Shown here piece by piece: positions 33,134 through 43,600 of a stretch of DNA of 64,000 bases. A program made the translations under genes and the position numbers. Each line of letters starts with the position of its first letter. Position 1 is the stretch's first letter. Below the pieces are notes generated by a model. It made no database searches. It was not told the DNA's origin and was given only the letters and a program-made list of their open reading frames with translations. Source of the stretch: Novakomyces olei (Eukaryota); assembly GCA_016906335.1 (NCBI GenBank), contig JADEYG010000001.1, positions 992,001-1,056,000 on the forward strand, written 5' to 3'.

Positions 33134-36100
33134 CCTAACATCCTCCCCCACTAATTCGAGGTGTGTCGAATTGTATCTTTTTAATAATTCGGGTGAATGT
33201 ACTAGGTGCTGCTTTGGTTCCCACGTGTCGTCTTCAGGTTGGTAACCTTCCCAGCGAATACGATACATTAGTTTGTAGCCCGGTTTTGGTGTTGTCGATC
33301 TCGATTGTCCTCGAACCCAGACATGATCTAGTATGTCTTCGACGACATAAAGCTCCGTGTTGTTTTTGTAGCGTCGGAGTGCTTTCGGTTTAGGTTGTTC
33401 TCGCTGGTTGTGTTTGTTCATTGGAGTATGTTTCTTTAGCTGAGAGATGTGTACCACATGGTGATACTTTAAAGCAGAAGGTAGCTCCAATTCGTAAGCA
33501 ACAGGGCTGACCTTTTTTATAATTCTGTATGGTCCAATGAATTTTGATTGCAATTTCCTTGTTAGTTGATTTTGGAAAAGCTCAGGAATTTCGCGAATAT
33601 TAGCGGTGCTTAAATAAACAGAATCATTGACGTTGTATTCAATGTTTATTCGGTTTTGGTCCGCATATATCTTTGATAATTCATGTGCGGTTCTGATTGC
33701 ATCCTGGCAAAGAATTCTGTTTACCTCAAGAGTTTCGAGAAATGTTGAATCATCTTGGTTTGTGATTGGAGGTATGGCAAGGTCACTTAGGCTTCTTGGA
33801 TTGTAACCTAAATCAGCTTCAAACGGCGTCATGCCAATGGCAGAGTGCTTGCTTGATGAATAACTGAATTCAGCAAATGAAAGCAGCTTGTGCCATGATA
33901 AGCTGTTGTTATTTGCATATGTGAATAGTCGCAAATAATCTTCTAGTACTCTGTTTGTTCGCTCAGTTTGTCCATTCGACTGAGGATGATAACTTGATGA
34001 TGGTTTCAATTTGATTTGAAGAATGGCTGTAATTTGTTGCCAAAAAGCTGACATGAATCGCACATCTCTGTCGCTTATTATGGCTTGTGGTAGTCCATGC
34101 AGGCAATAGTATCTGTTGAGAAATAAAGTTGCTGTGCCTTTTGCAGTGACTGTAGTGTGTGTTGGCCAAAAGTGTGCCCTTTTTGTAAGTCGGTCAACAA
34201 TACAAATAATAGCATCATATTGCTCATCACCAGATAGAGGTAGTCCAGTGATAAAGTCCATTCCAATAGTTTCCCATCTAGTATTGGGGATATCTATTTC
34301 TTGTAACAACCCGTATGGTTTGTGAGGAGTGATCTTATTTTTGGCACATGTCTCACATGATTTCACATATTCCTTGATTTCTTTTGACATTCCTGGCCAA
34401 TAGTAAGTTTTTGCTATTCCAGCTGTTGTCTTGTTCATTCCCCCATGTCCTCCATGGTACGTATCATGAAACTCCCGTATTATCGTGTTAGTGAAATCTG
34501 TAGGCACACAAATGCGGTTATCAAATTTGAGATGTATCAGGTCATCTTTTAGATAATACTTTGCTTGTGCTCGTTTAAAATCAATAGCTGTATCAGTATT
34601 TTTCAGCGAAGTTAGTACTTCAGCCCAATACGGATCATTTAGGTAAAGATCTTTTATTTCCAGATGTGTGACAGGACTTTGTTCCATGCTAATTGCGGAC
34701 ACATTTGATTTAGGAGGCGATCGTGACAATATATCTGCCAAAACGTTGGCCGTGCCCGATACATGTATGATGTTGATGTCAAATTCATTTAAAAAGTCCA
34801 TCCATCTCAGATGTCGTCTTGATAACATAACGTTTTTCGAATAGAGAAGACGACTTAGCGCCTTATTGTCTGTTAAGCAATTTACTTGATACCCTCTGGC
34901 ATATATTTCAAAGTGATCTAATGCTCTGATGCATGCAAGATATTCCAGCTCGTGAACTGGGTAATGTGACTCTGCTGTGCCCAATTTCTTAGAAGTGAAT
35001 CCAATTATTCGGCAGCTTTGCCACTCTTTTCCTTGTCCTAGCCATCCTCCAGTTCCGACTAGCGAAGCATCTATTCCCATGAACAATTTTTCTGTACCAT
35101 TGTTTAGGGGTTCTGGTTCAAATGGTTTTAGCACTATGTCTTGTTCGACTGCTTTTTTAATTTCATTGAACCCTTTTTGCTTCGTTTCGTCCCAATGAAA
35201 TTCTTTCATTTCTGTGAATATGGAAATTTGAGAGGATAAGTTTGGTATAAAAGTTGATACCCAATTAAGCATTCCGACCAATTTCTGTACTTGTTTCAAG
35301 TTCTTTGGGGCTTGTAATTTTAGTATGGAATTTTTTGACTTGTCGGTCATTTTGATTCCTTCGTCACTGATTTGTCTTCCCAACACAACAAAGCTTCTGC
35401 AAAATGGAAAGGTCTTTGTTGGACTGGCATACAATTCCCATTTGGCCATGATGCAAAATACAAGTACCAAGTGATCCAGATGTTCTTGGACATCGTCATC
35501 ATATATTATTATGTCGTCAACATAAACGGTCATCCATATTCCAATATATGGTCTGAATAGTTCCTCCATTAGTTGTTGTTGTATTGCAGTGGAATTTCGA
35601 TCACCCTGTGGCATCACATTCCATTGATAAATACCAAATGGTGTCCAGAATGCTGTATAATGTTCTTGCCCAGGCTGTATTCGAGATTGAAAGAAAGCAT
35701 CCTTTAGATCAATTTTTGTTCGATACTTTGCTCTGGCTATGTCCTGAACAACTATGTCAATTCGCGGTACTTGAATGTAAAATCGCTTCATATTTGTATT
35801 GCGAGGTCGAGCATCATTGACAAATCGTAAATAATTCTTAATCTCATTCGGATTGGTAAGTTTATTCACCATTTCTTTGTCTTTAGGAATTGGGAATAAT
35901 ATTGCACTAGGTTCTTCTGTAGATATTGATATCATTTTTGCTTGTAATAGATCATCAATTTTCATCTTTAAAGGCATCATAAGCTTTTTGCTTGGATACC
36001 ATTTTTTGATGTTATATTTCTTGTTTGGATCAATTGGTTCATAAGTTGCCACGACTGGTCTCATAATTGGTAACTTGCTTGGAGGTTCTTTGATCAAGGT

Positions 36101-37405
36101 TTGTGGAAAATTCTCTTGTAAGAGTTCCAGTACCTTGTCTGAATCAATTGCGTTTTCATTTGTAATTGATTTGGCCTCAATTTTCTTCTTCGGATCGATT
36201 GTTATGGAGCTAACCACTGGAATGCTTTGGTCTTCGTAAATGCTTTCTGTATCTTTGTTCATCTGCCATTTGACCTGTCTTCTGCTGGTGTTGACTATTG
36301 CTCCTAACTTGCTCAAGGTTCCCATACCAATTAGGAGATCAGAAGTTCGCAGTCTGGCTACTGCACAATTTAATTCATTTCCTTTGAATTTTATTCTAGC
36401 CATATATCTGCTGATTGTCTTTGATCCTTGAAATGCCATTTGAATTTTGTGGTCACTCTCTTCATACTTTGGTTTGTGAACATTGCAGAAATTTGAATCA
36501 ATAACATCAATGTCACTTCCTGTATCAATAAGGGCTTGACATTTGATCTCTTTACCATTTACTTCAATTGGTAGATTTACGAGAAACTGTTGGCTTTTGC
36601 TTTGAACAGCAGAGCATTGATAATCCAATCTTATTTCTTCGCTATCCATTTCATCGTCATCTTTGAGAGCACTAATGGTTGATTCATTCTTTCGTTTGAA
36701 ACATTGTTCATACGTGTGTCCAGTTCTGCGACAAAATGTACATCTCGTTCTCAGTGAAGGTTTCTCTGGCTCCTTTTTCTCTGACATGCTTGTTCTAGCT
36801 TCAATTCGTTGATTGTTTGGTTTTGGAGCGATATTTCCAATGTATGGTCTTGTTGCAGTAAAGTCATAGCCAGTTGCGACTTCTACCACACTCTGCCATT
36901 TCCATTTCGTCATCCCAGTATTGTTGCCAGGCTGGTTGCCAAATGCGCTTCTCAAAGATCCCATTATTTGTGGTTTTATCTTCTCATTGAGTCCATGAAT
37001 GAATTGTTGAACCAATATTGCTTCATTAATTATTTCTAGTTCCATTGACTTGAGCTTAAGTTGTGTAGCATATTGACTGATGCTTCTCGTTCCTTGGGAA
37101 AATGTAACAAATCTGCTGTAGGCTTTTGGCAGGTAATCGTTGGGAACAATGCTTCGTTCCAGATGATCCAGCATTTGGTTAGCCGTCAAGTTGTCATTGT
37201 CTCTAAGTTCTTCTGCATAGATTAATGCGTTTGATTCCAGAAACATACTGATGAGATCAATGTCTGAGATTCCTGTAACATTTCCTCCTGTCTTCGCATA
37301 AGTAAGCCATTTGACCATAGAGGTTCTCCAAGATTGGAATTCTCTGTGGGTCATATAATGCCCATTCAGCTTTGCTGGTTCAGGCAGCTTGATTTTGAAA
37401 TCCAT
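33122..37405 (-). CDS. Intact 1427-aa Gag-Pol with chromodomain; reads through the PPT into the 3' LTR
   Basis: CTFCRRTGHTYEQC, LIDTGS, YVDD, IDAS, SNGQTER, GPY, YRIRWEGYQPEDDTWEP. Confidence 0.95.
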   Translation of the reverse strand: MDFKIKLPEPAKLNGHYMTHREFQSWRTSMVKWLTYAKTGGNVTGISDIDLISMFLESNALIYAEELRDNDNLTANQMLDHLERSIVPNDYLPKAYSRFVTFSQGTRSISQYATQLKLKSMELEIINEAILVQQFIHGLNEKIKPQIMGSLRSAFGNQPGNNTGMTKWKWQSVVEVATGYDFTATRPYIGNIAPKPNNQRIEARTSMSEKKEPEKPSLRTRCTFCRRTGHTYEQCFKRKNESTISALKDDDEMDSEEIRLDYQCSAVQSKSQQFLVNLPIEVNGKEIKCQALIDTGSDIDVIDSNFCNVHKPKYEESDHKIQMAFQGSKTISRYMARIKFKGNELNCAVARLRTSDLLIGMGTLSKLGAIVNTSRRQVKWQMNKDTESIYEDQSIPVVSSITIDPKKKIEAKSITNENAIDSDKVLELLQENFPQTLIKEPPSKLPIMRPVVATYEPIDPNKKYNIKKWYPSKKLMMPLKMKIDDLLQAKMISISTEEPSAILFPIPKDKEMVNKLTNPNEIKNYLRFVNDARPRNTNMKRFYIQVPRIDIVVQDIARAKYRTKIDLKDAFFQSRIQPGQEHYTAFWTPFGIYQWNVMPQGDRNSTAIQQQLMEELFRPYIGIWMTVYVDDIIIYDDDVQEHLDHLVLVFCIMAKWELYASPTKTFPFCRSFVVLGRQISDEGIKMTDKSKNSILKLQAPKNLKQVQKLVGMLNWVSTFIPNLSSQISIFTEMKEFHWDETKQKGFNEIKKAVEQDIVLKPFEPEPLNNGTEKLFMGIDASLVGTGGWLGQGKEWQSCRIIGFTSKKLGTAESHYPVHELEYLACIRALDHFEIYARGYQVNCLTDNKALSRLLYSKNVMLSRRHLRWMDFLNEFDINIIHVSGTANVLADILSRSPPKSNVSAISMEQSPVTHLEIKDLYLNDPYWAEVLTSLKNTDTAIDFKRAQAKYYLKDDLIHLKFDNRICVPTDFTNTIIREFHDTYHGGHGGMNKTTAGIAKTYYWPGMSKEIKEYVKSCETCAKNKITPHKPYGLLQEIDIPNTRWETIGMDFITGLPLSGDEQYDAIICIVDRLTKRAHFWPTHTTVTAKGTATLFLNRYYCLHGLPQAIISDRDVRFMSAFWQQITAILQIKLKPSSSYHPQSNGQTERTNRVLEDYLRLFTYANNNSLSWHKLLSFAEFSYSSSKHSAIGMTPFEADLGYNPRSLSDLAIPPITNQDDSTFLETLEVNRILCQDAIRTAHELSKIYADQNRINIEYNVNDSVYLSTANIREIPELFQNQLTRKLQSKFIGPYRIIKKVSPVAYELELPSALKYHHVVHISQLKKHTPMNKHNQREQPKPKALRRYKNNTELYVVEDILDHVWVRGQSRSTTPKPGYKLMYRIRWEGYQPEDDTWEPKQHLVHSPELLKRYNSTHLELVGEDVRNQD

Positions 37406-37449
37406 TTCTATTGAATGAAACCAATCGAACAGTGTTTTTAATTATTAAA

Positions 37450-38166
37450 CTAATAAAGAGTATTCAAAAATCCTGGTTGCTGTTTTCCGCTCTCCAAGTG
37501 TTTGTGATAATCTCTTTCAACTTTATCCGGATCTTCTCCTTTGTAAAGTCGAACCTTAAATTCGTCCTCCACAATATTGTCCAGCAAGTATTTAGTTTTA
37601 TTTCTTTTGTGTAGCTCTTGTATTCTGTCAGCTACCAATTTGTTGTAGGTCTCTTCGTACTTCAGCCTAGCTGCTGCCTTGCTCGTCCAATGAGCCTGCT
37701 TTCGGAAAATTTCTTCCTCGGTTATAGGCGTTCGAATGACTGGAGTTGGAGCCTGAGCCTCGACTAAGGCTGGTGGTGCGACGGCAATTGGCGTTGGAGC
37801 TTTGTTGACTTTGGGGGGCTTTGGAAAAGGTCGCAATGCCGCGTCAACAGCTCTCTGAAGTCCACTTTGTTTTCGCTCTTTGAATGCCTCCGATCGGCGA
37901 GCGTTTCTTTGTCTTCTCTTTGACAATTGTAAAGTCAAGTTGTCAGAAGATGTTGCAGGAGACGGTGTACACTGATCGGTTGATCCAGATTCAGTGACGT
38001 AGTCCTCCACTACAGGAATATGATGTGGGCGGTCTTGTCCTGCCTGCACCTTGTTCCTGGGTGGATCTGTCTTTGCCTGACGCAAAAGATTTGCGAAAGG
38101 CTCAGAATAGATTCTCCTGTAAATCCGTCGGTTTTTTCCAGACGGTTGCACTGACGATGTTAGCAG
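37450..38166 (-). CDS. Met-free ORF0 upstream of gag (family E)
   Basis: Open ~238 codons with blocks conserved with E' (SEPFANLLRQAKTDPP; LSKRR.RNARRSEAFKERK; KQAHWTSKAAAR.KYEETYN). CTG start inferred. Confidence 0.62.
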   Translation of the reverse strand: MLTSSVQPSGKNRRIYRRIYSEPFANLLRQAKTDPPRNKVQAGQDRPHHIPVVEDYVTESGSTDQCTPSPATSSDNLTLQLSKRRQRNARRSEAFKERKQSGLQRAVDAALRPFPKPPKVNKAPTPIAVAPPALVEAQAPTPVIRTPITEEEIFRKQAHWTSKAAARLKYEETYNKLVADRIQELHKRNKTKYLLDNIVEDEFKVRLYKGEDPDKVERDYHKHLESGKQQPGFLNTLY

Positions 38167-40695
38167 TGAAAAATATGTTAAGTGAGGATTACTCACTGTT
38201 GTAACAATATAAATTAGACCTAGCTAAGAGATCTATCTTTCAGACTATGGGAAGTTGGGTCCTTTTATAGACTTTTTGTGAAGCAGATAGGACGGAGATA
38301 GGAAGGAAATAGGAAGGAAATAATGAGTAATGATGATGAATCATTGATGAGTAATGATGACTCATTGATGAGTAATGATGATGAATCATTGATGAGTAAT
38401 GATGACTCATTGATGAGTAATGATGACTCATTGATGAGTAATCAATCTTGATTAGATTTGATTAGATCAATCTTGATTAGATTTGATTAGATCAATCTTG
38501 ATTAGATTTGATTAGATCAATCTTGATTAGATTTTATTAGATCAATCTTGATTAGATTTGATTAGATCAATCTTGATTAGATTTGATTAGAACAATCTTG
38601 ATTCCTAACACCATTCCCAATATCACTTTGTGTCTTCCAATTTTTGACACCAAAAATCTCGCACTTGTAGTTCTTCCTTCTACTTCGAACTGTAGTGTTT
38701 CCGTCTGCTGCGAGGCTGGGCCTGACCTTATGTTTCTTCCGTCAGCCACTCGTATCAAAATCGGTCTCTTTGTTATCTCTGTACGCACTTTGAAATCGAC
38801 AACAGCATCCGGGTGCATAAAGCTAGAACTAGCTCCGGAATCGACCAATGCCGTAAACTGTCTCCCACGCAAAATCACGTTCGCGTGTATTCTCTCCGGT
38901 CTTCTCTCGATCTGGTCTGGTCTCTCACTAGACTCGTCATAGGTTTCGCCACTCTCATCGAGCTCTTCTTCGTACTCATCGTTTCTCTCATCGTCTTCGC
39001 CTCTCTCGGGCACTCTCTCTGTGTCTCTGTCTCTCTCGGACATCTTAACAATGGGTTTCGTAACATACTCTTCTTCAGACAAGGAAGCCATCTCTTCCGC
39101 ATTGTCTCTTCTCTTCCCGAACGTTCGTGTACCGTTCAAGTCTCTTGTCGCAAAGCTACTGCGACAGTCTCGTGCTATGTGTCCAGTCTTGTCACATCGA
39201 AAACACTTAATTTCTCGTCTAGACGAGTTGCTTGACTTTGTGCCCCGGACACGTCTCTGAGCAACAGTGGCATCGACTGCATCAACCTCTATGGGCGTCG
39301 GCCCACCGTCAGGCTTTCTCACATAATTGTTTCTCATAAACAATCGTCCTTTGGCTTTTCTTCTTTCAACCAATCTGTTGTCAATTCTGACACATTCATC
39401 AATAAACTGTTTCAAATCTTCGGGAATATCAGTTCTCGCGAGCTCATCTTTGATTGGGTCGCTTAGACCTTCGTAGAATTGCGATATCAAAGGATCCTCA
39501 TTCCAGTTAAGCCACGCGCGCAAGCGATTAAACTCAGCAGCGTACTGCGATACCGATCCATGCTGGCTAAGCTGTCGTATCTGACGCTGAACTGTCCGTT
39601 TGATATCTCTGTCGCCAAACATTCTTTCCAACTGCGAGCAAAACTCGTCAAAGTTGTCCAAGATGTTCTTGTTGTCTGTCTTGATCTGTGGTTCAAACCA
39701 GCGAAATGCGGCACCACGCAGATAAGACCCGGCAAACATGACCTTCTGTCGTTCTGCTATAATCTCGTATATTGACCGTCAATATACATTCGAACGTGGG
39801 TTAAAAACTCCGACGTTTTCGCGCGCTCCCCGTAAAACAAGGGTGGAGCCGCCATCTTCGGCTCTCTCGCCAGGCTCGGGTCTTTCTTCGCCTTGGCTGT
39901 AATGAACCGCGAAGTTCCATTCGCGAAGTTCCAATTTGGAACTTTTAACGGTTCTTCTCATAGTTGTTCGTAGGATCTTTTCATAGTTCCGTGCGGAAGC
40001 TGTATCTTCCGCACGAAGTGGAACTAGGCCCGACTGGGCAATTCAGCCACCGCGTGGCTGGACTTCGCCAGCCACGCAACAATCACGCCAAAGTTCTATA
40101 AATAGTTCCGCACCCGGGAAGAGATTTCTCTTCACGGGTTAACTCTCTCTTTAATACAAGAATAGAATTCAATCTACGAGTTCTACGAACTCTTTTCCTT
40201 TTGCTGCGGCTACCTCCGCTGTTTTAGCAACAGTACCTGTAGAGGCAGGATAGGCTCCACCGAAGGTTCTTCGAACTTCGGCGACCTTTCAGTTTCTCAC
40301 AATTTAACCCGTCTTCAAATTATTCTACACCTACTGTTTGCTAATCCTCGATCTAGGTTTCTTCATCGGACGTTTCGGTTTTGAGTCTGTCGCCAGTGTG
40401 AGTGGTTACGGAAGTTTACGGAATGGATATGGAAACAGGGTCATCGGACTCTGACTTGCACGCGACGTTGCAGCAGCTCCATGAAGAAATCCTACGATTG
40501 AAGGCAGAGACGGAGGCTCTTTTAGAGGCCAAAGCACGGCACAACCCGTCGCCGTGGAGGGGAACTTTGGAGGATTTTTGTTGCAGAAGCCAGACAACTT
40601 CCGCGGAAGCCGTAATGAGCTCAATCAGTTCTTGGCTCAGCTCCGCATGCAGATGGAAGTCAACGCAAAGAAGTTTCCTTCGGAGAGAAGCAAGG

Positions 40696-43600
40696 TGTCA
40701 TGATCCCCGCCTCGCGTGAACCACGACAGCGAACGACGCCTGAAGTCCTGTAGCGCCAAAGGCGATGACTTCAGGCTAGATAGATCTAAATAGCTCGCGC
40801 GAGGTAATGTTGGACATTACTCGCGCGAAGCGCGTAAGTGGCCTAGCTCGCGAGCAGGTTGGACCTGGCTCGCGCGAAGCAGGTCCACGTCCATGCCCGC
40901 GCGACGTAGGCACGTCGCGGCGCATGACAGTAGTAGTAGCGATCGCGCATCGCTACGAAGCTAGATAGATCGATCCATAGAGTTCATAGCTCGCCACCGC
41001 TTTCCCAATGCGGATGGTCTGGGACCATCGCATTGAGATCGTGGTGGGATGAGGCTTAGGCCGCGAAGTGGCTAAGCGAGCCGCTAAGCCTCATAGGATA
41101 GTCTACATAGTCGCCCATGGAGAGAACTCTCTCCACGGGCTTATAATCTCAAAGTTGCTACATAGCCTTGTAGCAGGTAAGCTTTAGAGAAGCGCCGTCG
41201 CCTTTTCAAGGACAACGTCCTTTTCCTTTTCCTTAGTTCTTGCGCCGGGCGCAAGTCTACGTTCCCGTTTCTCGGTACTCGCTTCGCGCGGTAACCGATT
41301 GAACTTCCTTTGTCGAGCGGTCTCGCAAAGGACAGTCCGTGTTCGCCTGTAGCGACACGCGAGTTTACACCGCGGTGCTCCCCTCTAAGGGCCACCTTAC
41401 ACTATTATAAGCCCGTCAGCTCGTCTAAGCTACAGATTTACACGGCGTTGAAAGGTGTCACGCACGGAGGCGTACACAAATTTCGATTACAAGTTTTATT
41501 TCGCACTAAGTTGTTGCGACGAAGGGTGCTTTGCTACGGTTTAGCAGCACAAACGAATTATTGAATTACGATGAGTCAAGAGGACTTGAACGCGTTTCTG
41601 CAGACGCTGCAGGCGCAGATCGCGTCGCTCCAAGAGGAGCGCGTTAAGGAAAATCGGTTATTGAAGGCCTTCGCCAGGAAATGGGATCCCGGGGATCTCG
41701 ACGATCAGGAGTCAGCGAAGGGCCAAGCATTTCGAAGCCGGATACATTCAGAGGCGATCGCAGATCGGTGGATACTTTCCTTGCACAGGTTCGCTTATAC
41801 GTGAGACTCAAGCCACATGAGTTTCGCAACGACGAAGCGAAGGTCCTGTTTGCGGTATCTTATCTGCGCGGTGCCGCTTTTGCGTGGTTTGAACCCCACT
41901 TGCGCGACCACGATGAAAGCCTAATTACCAGTGACTTTGCCCTGTTTTGCGACGAGCTCTCCACGACATTTGGGAGCGTCGACCGCATTAGTCAGGCTGA
42001 GCGGGAGCTAGCATTGCTCAAACAGCGAGGATCTGTTGCTGAGTATACTTCGCGTTTTCAGCAGATCACTTCGCACTTGGATTTTAGCGATCACAGTTTA
42101 CGCTACGAATATTATCAAGGATTGAAAGATCGAATTAAGGACGAATTATCTCGGTTGGAAAAATCGCGTACATTGTCAGACTTAATTGAGAAGTCTGTAC
42201 GCGTGGACGAAAGGTTGTCGGATCGTTACTACGAAAGCGCTAGCCGTACGAACGCCAAGGGCGCTTCAGGCTATAGGGGCGCGACGATCGCGAACAAAGG
42301 ATACACTCCCATGGAGGTAGATGCTACCAGTTACGAAAAGAAGAGCATTACCAGCGACGAACGCCAGCGTCGAAAGAAAGAGAACAGATGTTTTACGTGC
42401 GGACGCGAAGGTCATCGCGCACGTGATTGCAAACAGAAGCAACGCAATTATGAGCAACGCATCTCGGTGGTTATGGACAGTATCACGGAACCGGGAAAAG
42501 CGAGAGCCCAGGTCTAAAAGAAAGGCCTGATCTGGGCGTTAATGACACGAGGCTTTCGGAGGTGATGTCAGTGGTACCCGAACTGACAGAGGAATACATC
42601 TCACAGTTACTGCAAATTTGAGAACTAGCAAGGGCCAGCTGGACGCGAAGGCGCTGATCGACTCAGGCGCGACGTCGAATTTTATCAGCCAGAGCCTTGC
42701 TACGAGAAGCATAATCGATATAACGAAGAAGGCGAAGATTGAGCCACTACGAGTTGTGGATGGAAGAGCGATTCGCACCGGAGGTGTTCGCTTCCAGACT
42801 GAAAACATGGAGGTCACCATAGGCGAACATCGCGAGACTATGATGTTTAACGTGATACCGCTCTCTGGACACGACGTTATTTTAGGAAAGCCATGGCTCG
42901 ACAAACATGAGCCAAGGATTGCATGGAGACGTGCAAAAGTCGAATTCGAGTCTTCCTATTGCTTAGCAAACTGCCTCAAGAAGCCCGAGGCACAAGACGA
43001 ACCATCGCAAATCAGTGCGACGGAATTTGCTAAGCTATCGCGAGGCAACGACTCGGGATTGCTGTGCGTATACGCGACCGACGCTAAAAGCGAGGACAAA
43101 AACGTCGCTATACCTCCCGAGTATGCAGACTTTCGCGATCTTTTTGAGAAAAGAAATGCAGACATTCTACCACAGCATCAGGCGTGGGATCACGCAATAC
43201 CGTTGACAGAAGGCGCGAAGCCGCCGTTCGGGCCTATATATCCTCTGGCCGAACGCGAGCTACAAACACTACGCGACTACATTAAAGACAATCTAGCGAA
43301 GGGATTCATTAGGCCGTCTTCATCGCCCGCGGGGGCTCCAATTCTTTTTGTGAAAAAGAAGGACGGTTCGCTGAGACTGTGCGTAGATTATCGCGGGCTA
43401 AACGCGGTAACTGTCAAAAATCGCTATGCGCTGCCGCTCATATCGGAGCTATTGGATCGCATTCGTCAGTCGACGATATTTACGCGATTAGATCTCCGTG
43501 GCGCGTATAATCTTGTCCGTATACGCGAAGGCGACGAGTGGAAAACCGCCTTCCGTACGCGTTATGGACATTACGAATATCAGGTTATGCCTTTCGGGCT

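Larger units (their letters stand above)
32706..38610 (-). mobile_element. Full-length gypsy element family E; 435-bp LTRs 32706-33140 and 38176-38610; TSD CCATT
   Basis: TSD on both sides, PPT GGGGGAGGA, LTR pair with about 3 visible substitutions. Confidence 0.96.
22617..39964 (-). mobile_element. Old gypsy element J (C-related): 3' LTR 22617-22992, JmjC gene, RH/RT 24480-25242 and 31975-32705, gag-PR 38611-39960; integrase deleted; hosts C, E and F
   Basis: Pieces rejoin across TSDs ([15 protein letters not shown]). Gag REPKMAAPPLFYGERAKT resembles family C. Linkage of the JmjC end to the RH fragment across ~24000-24480 is inferred. Confidence 0.75.
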
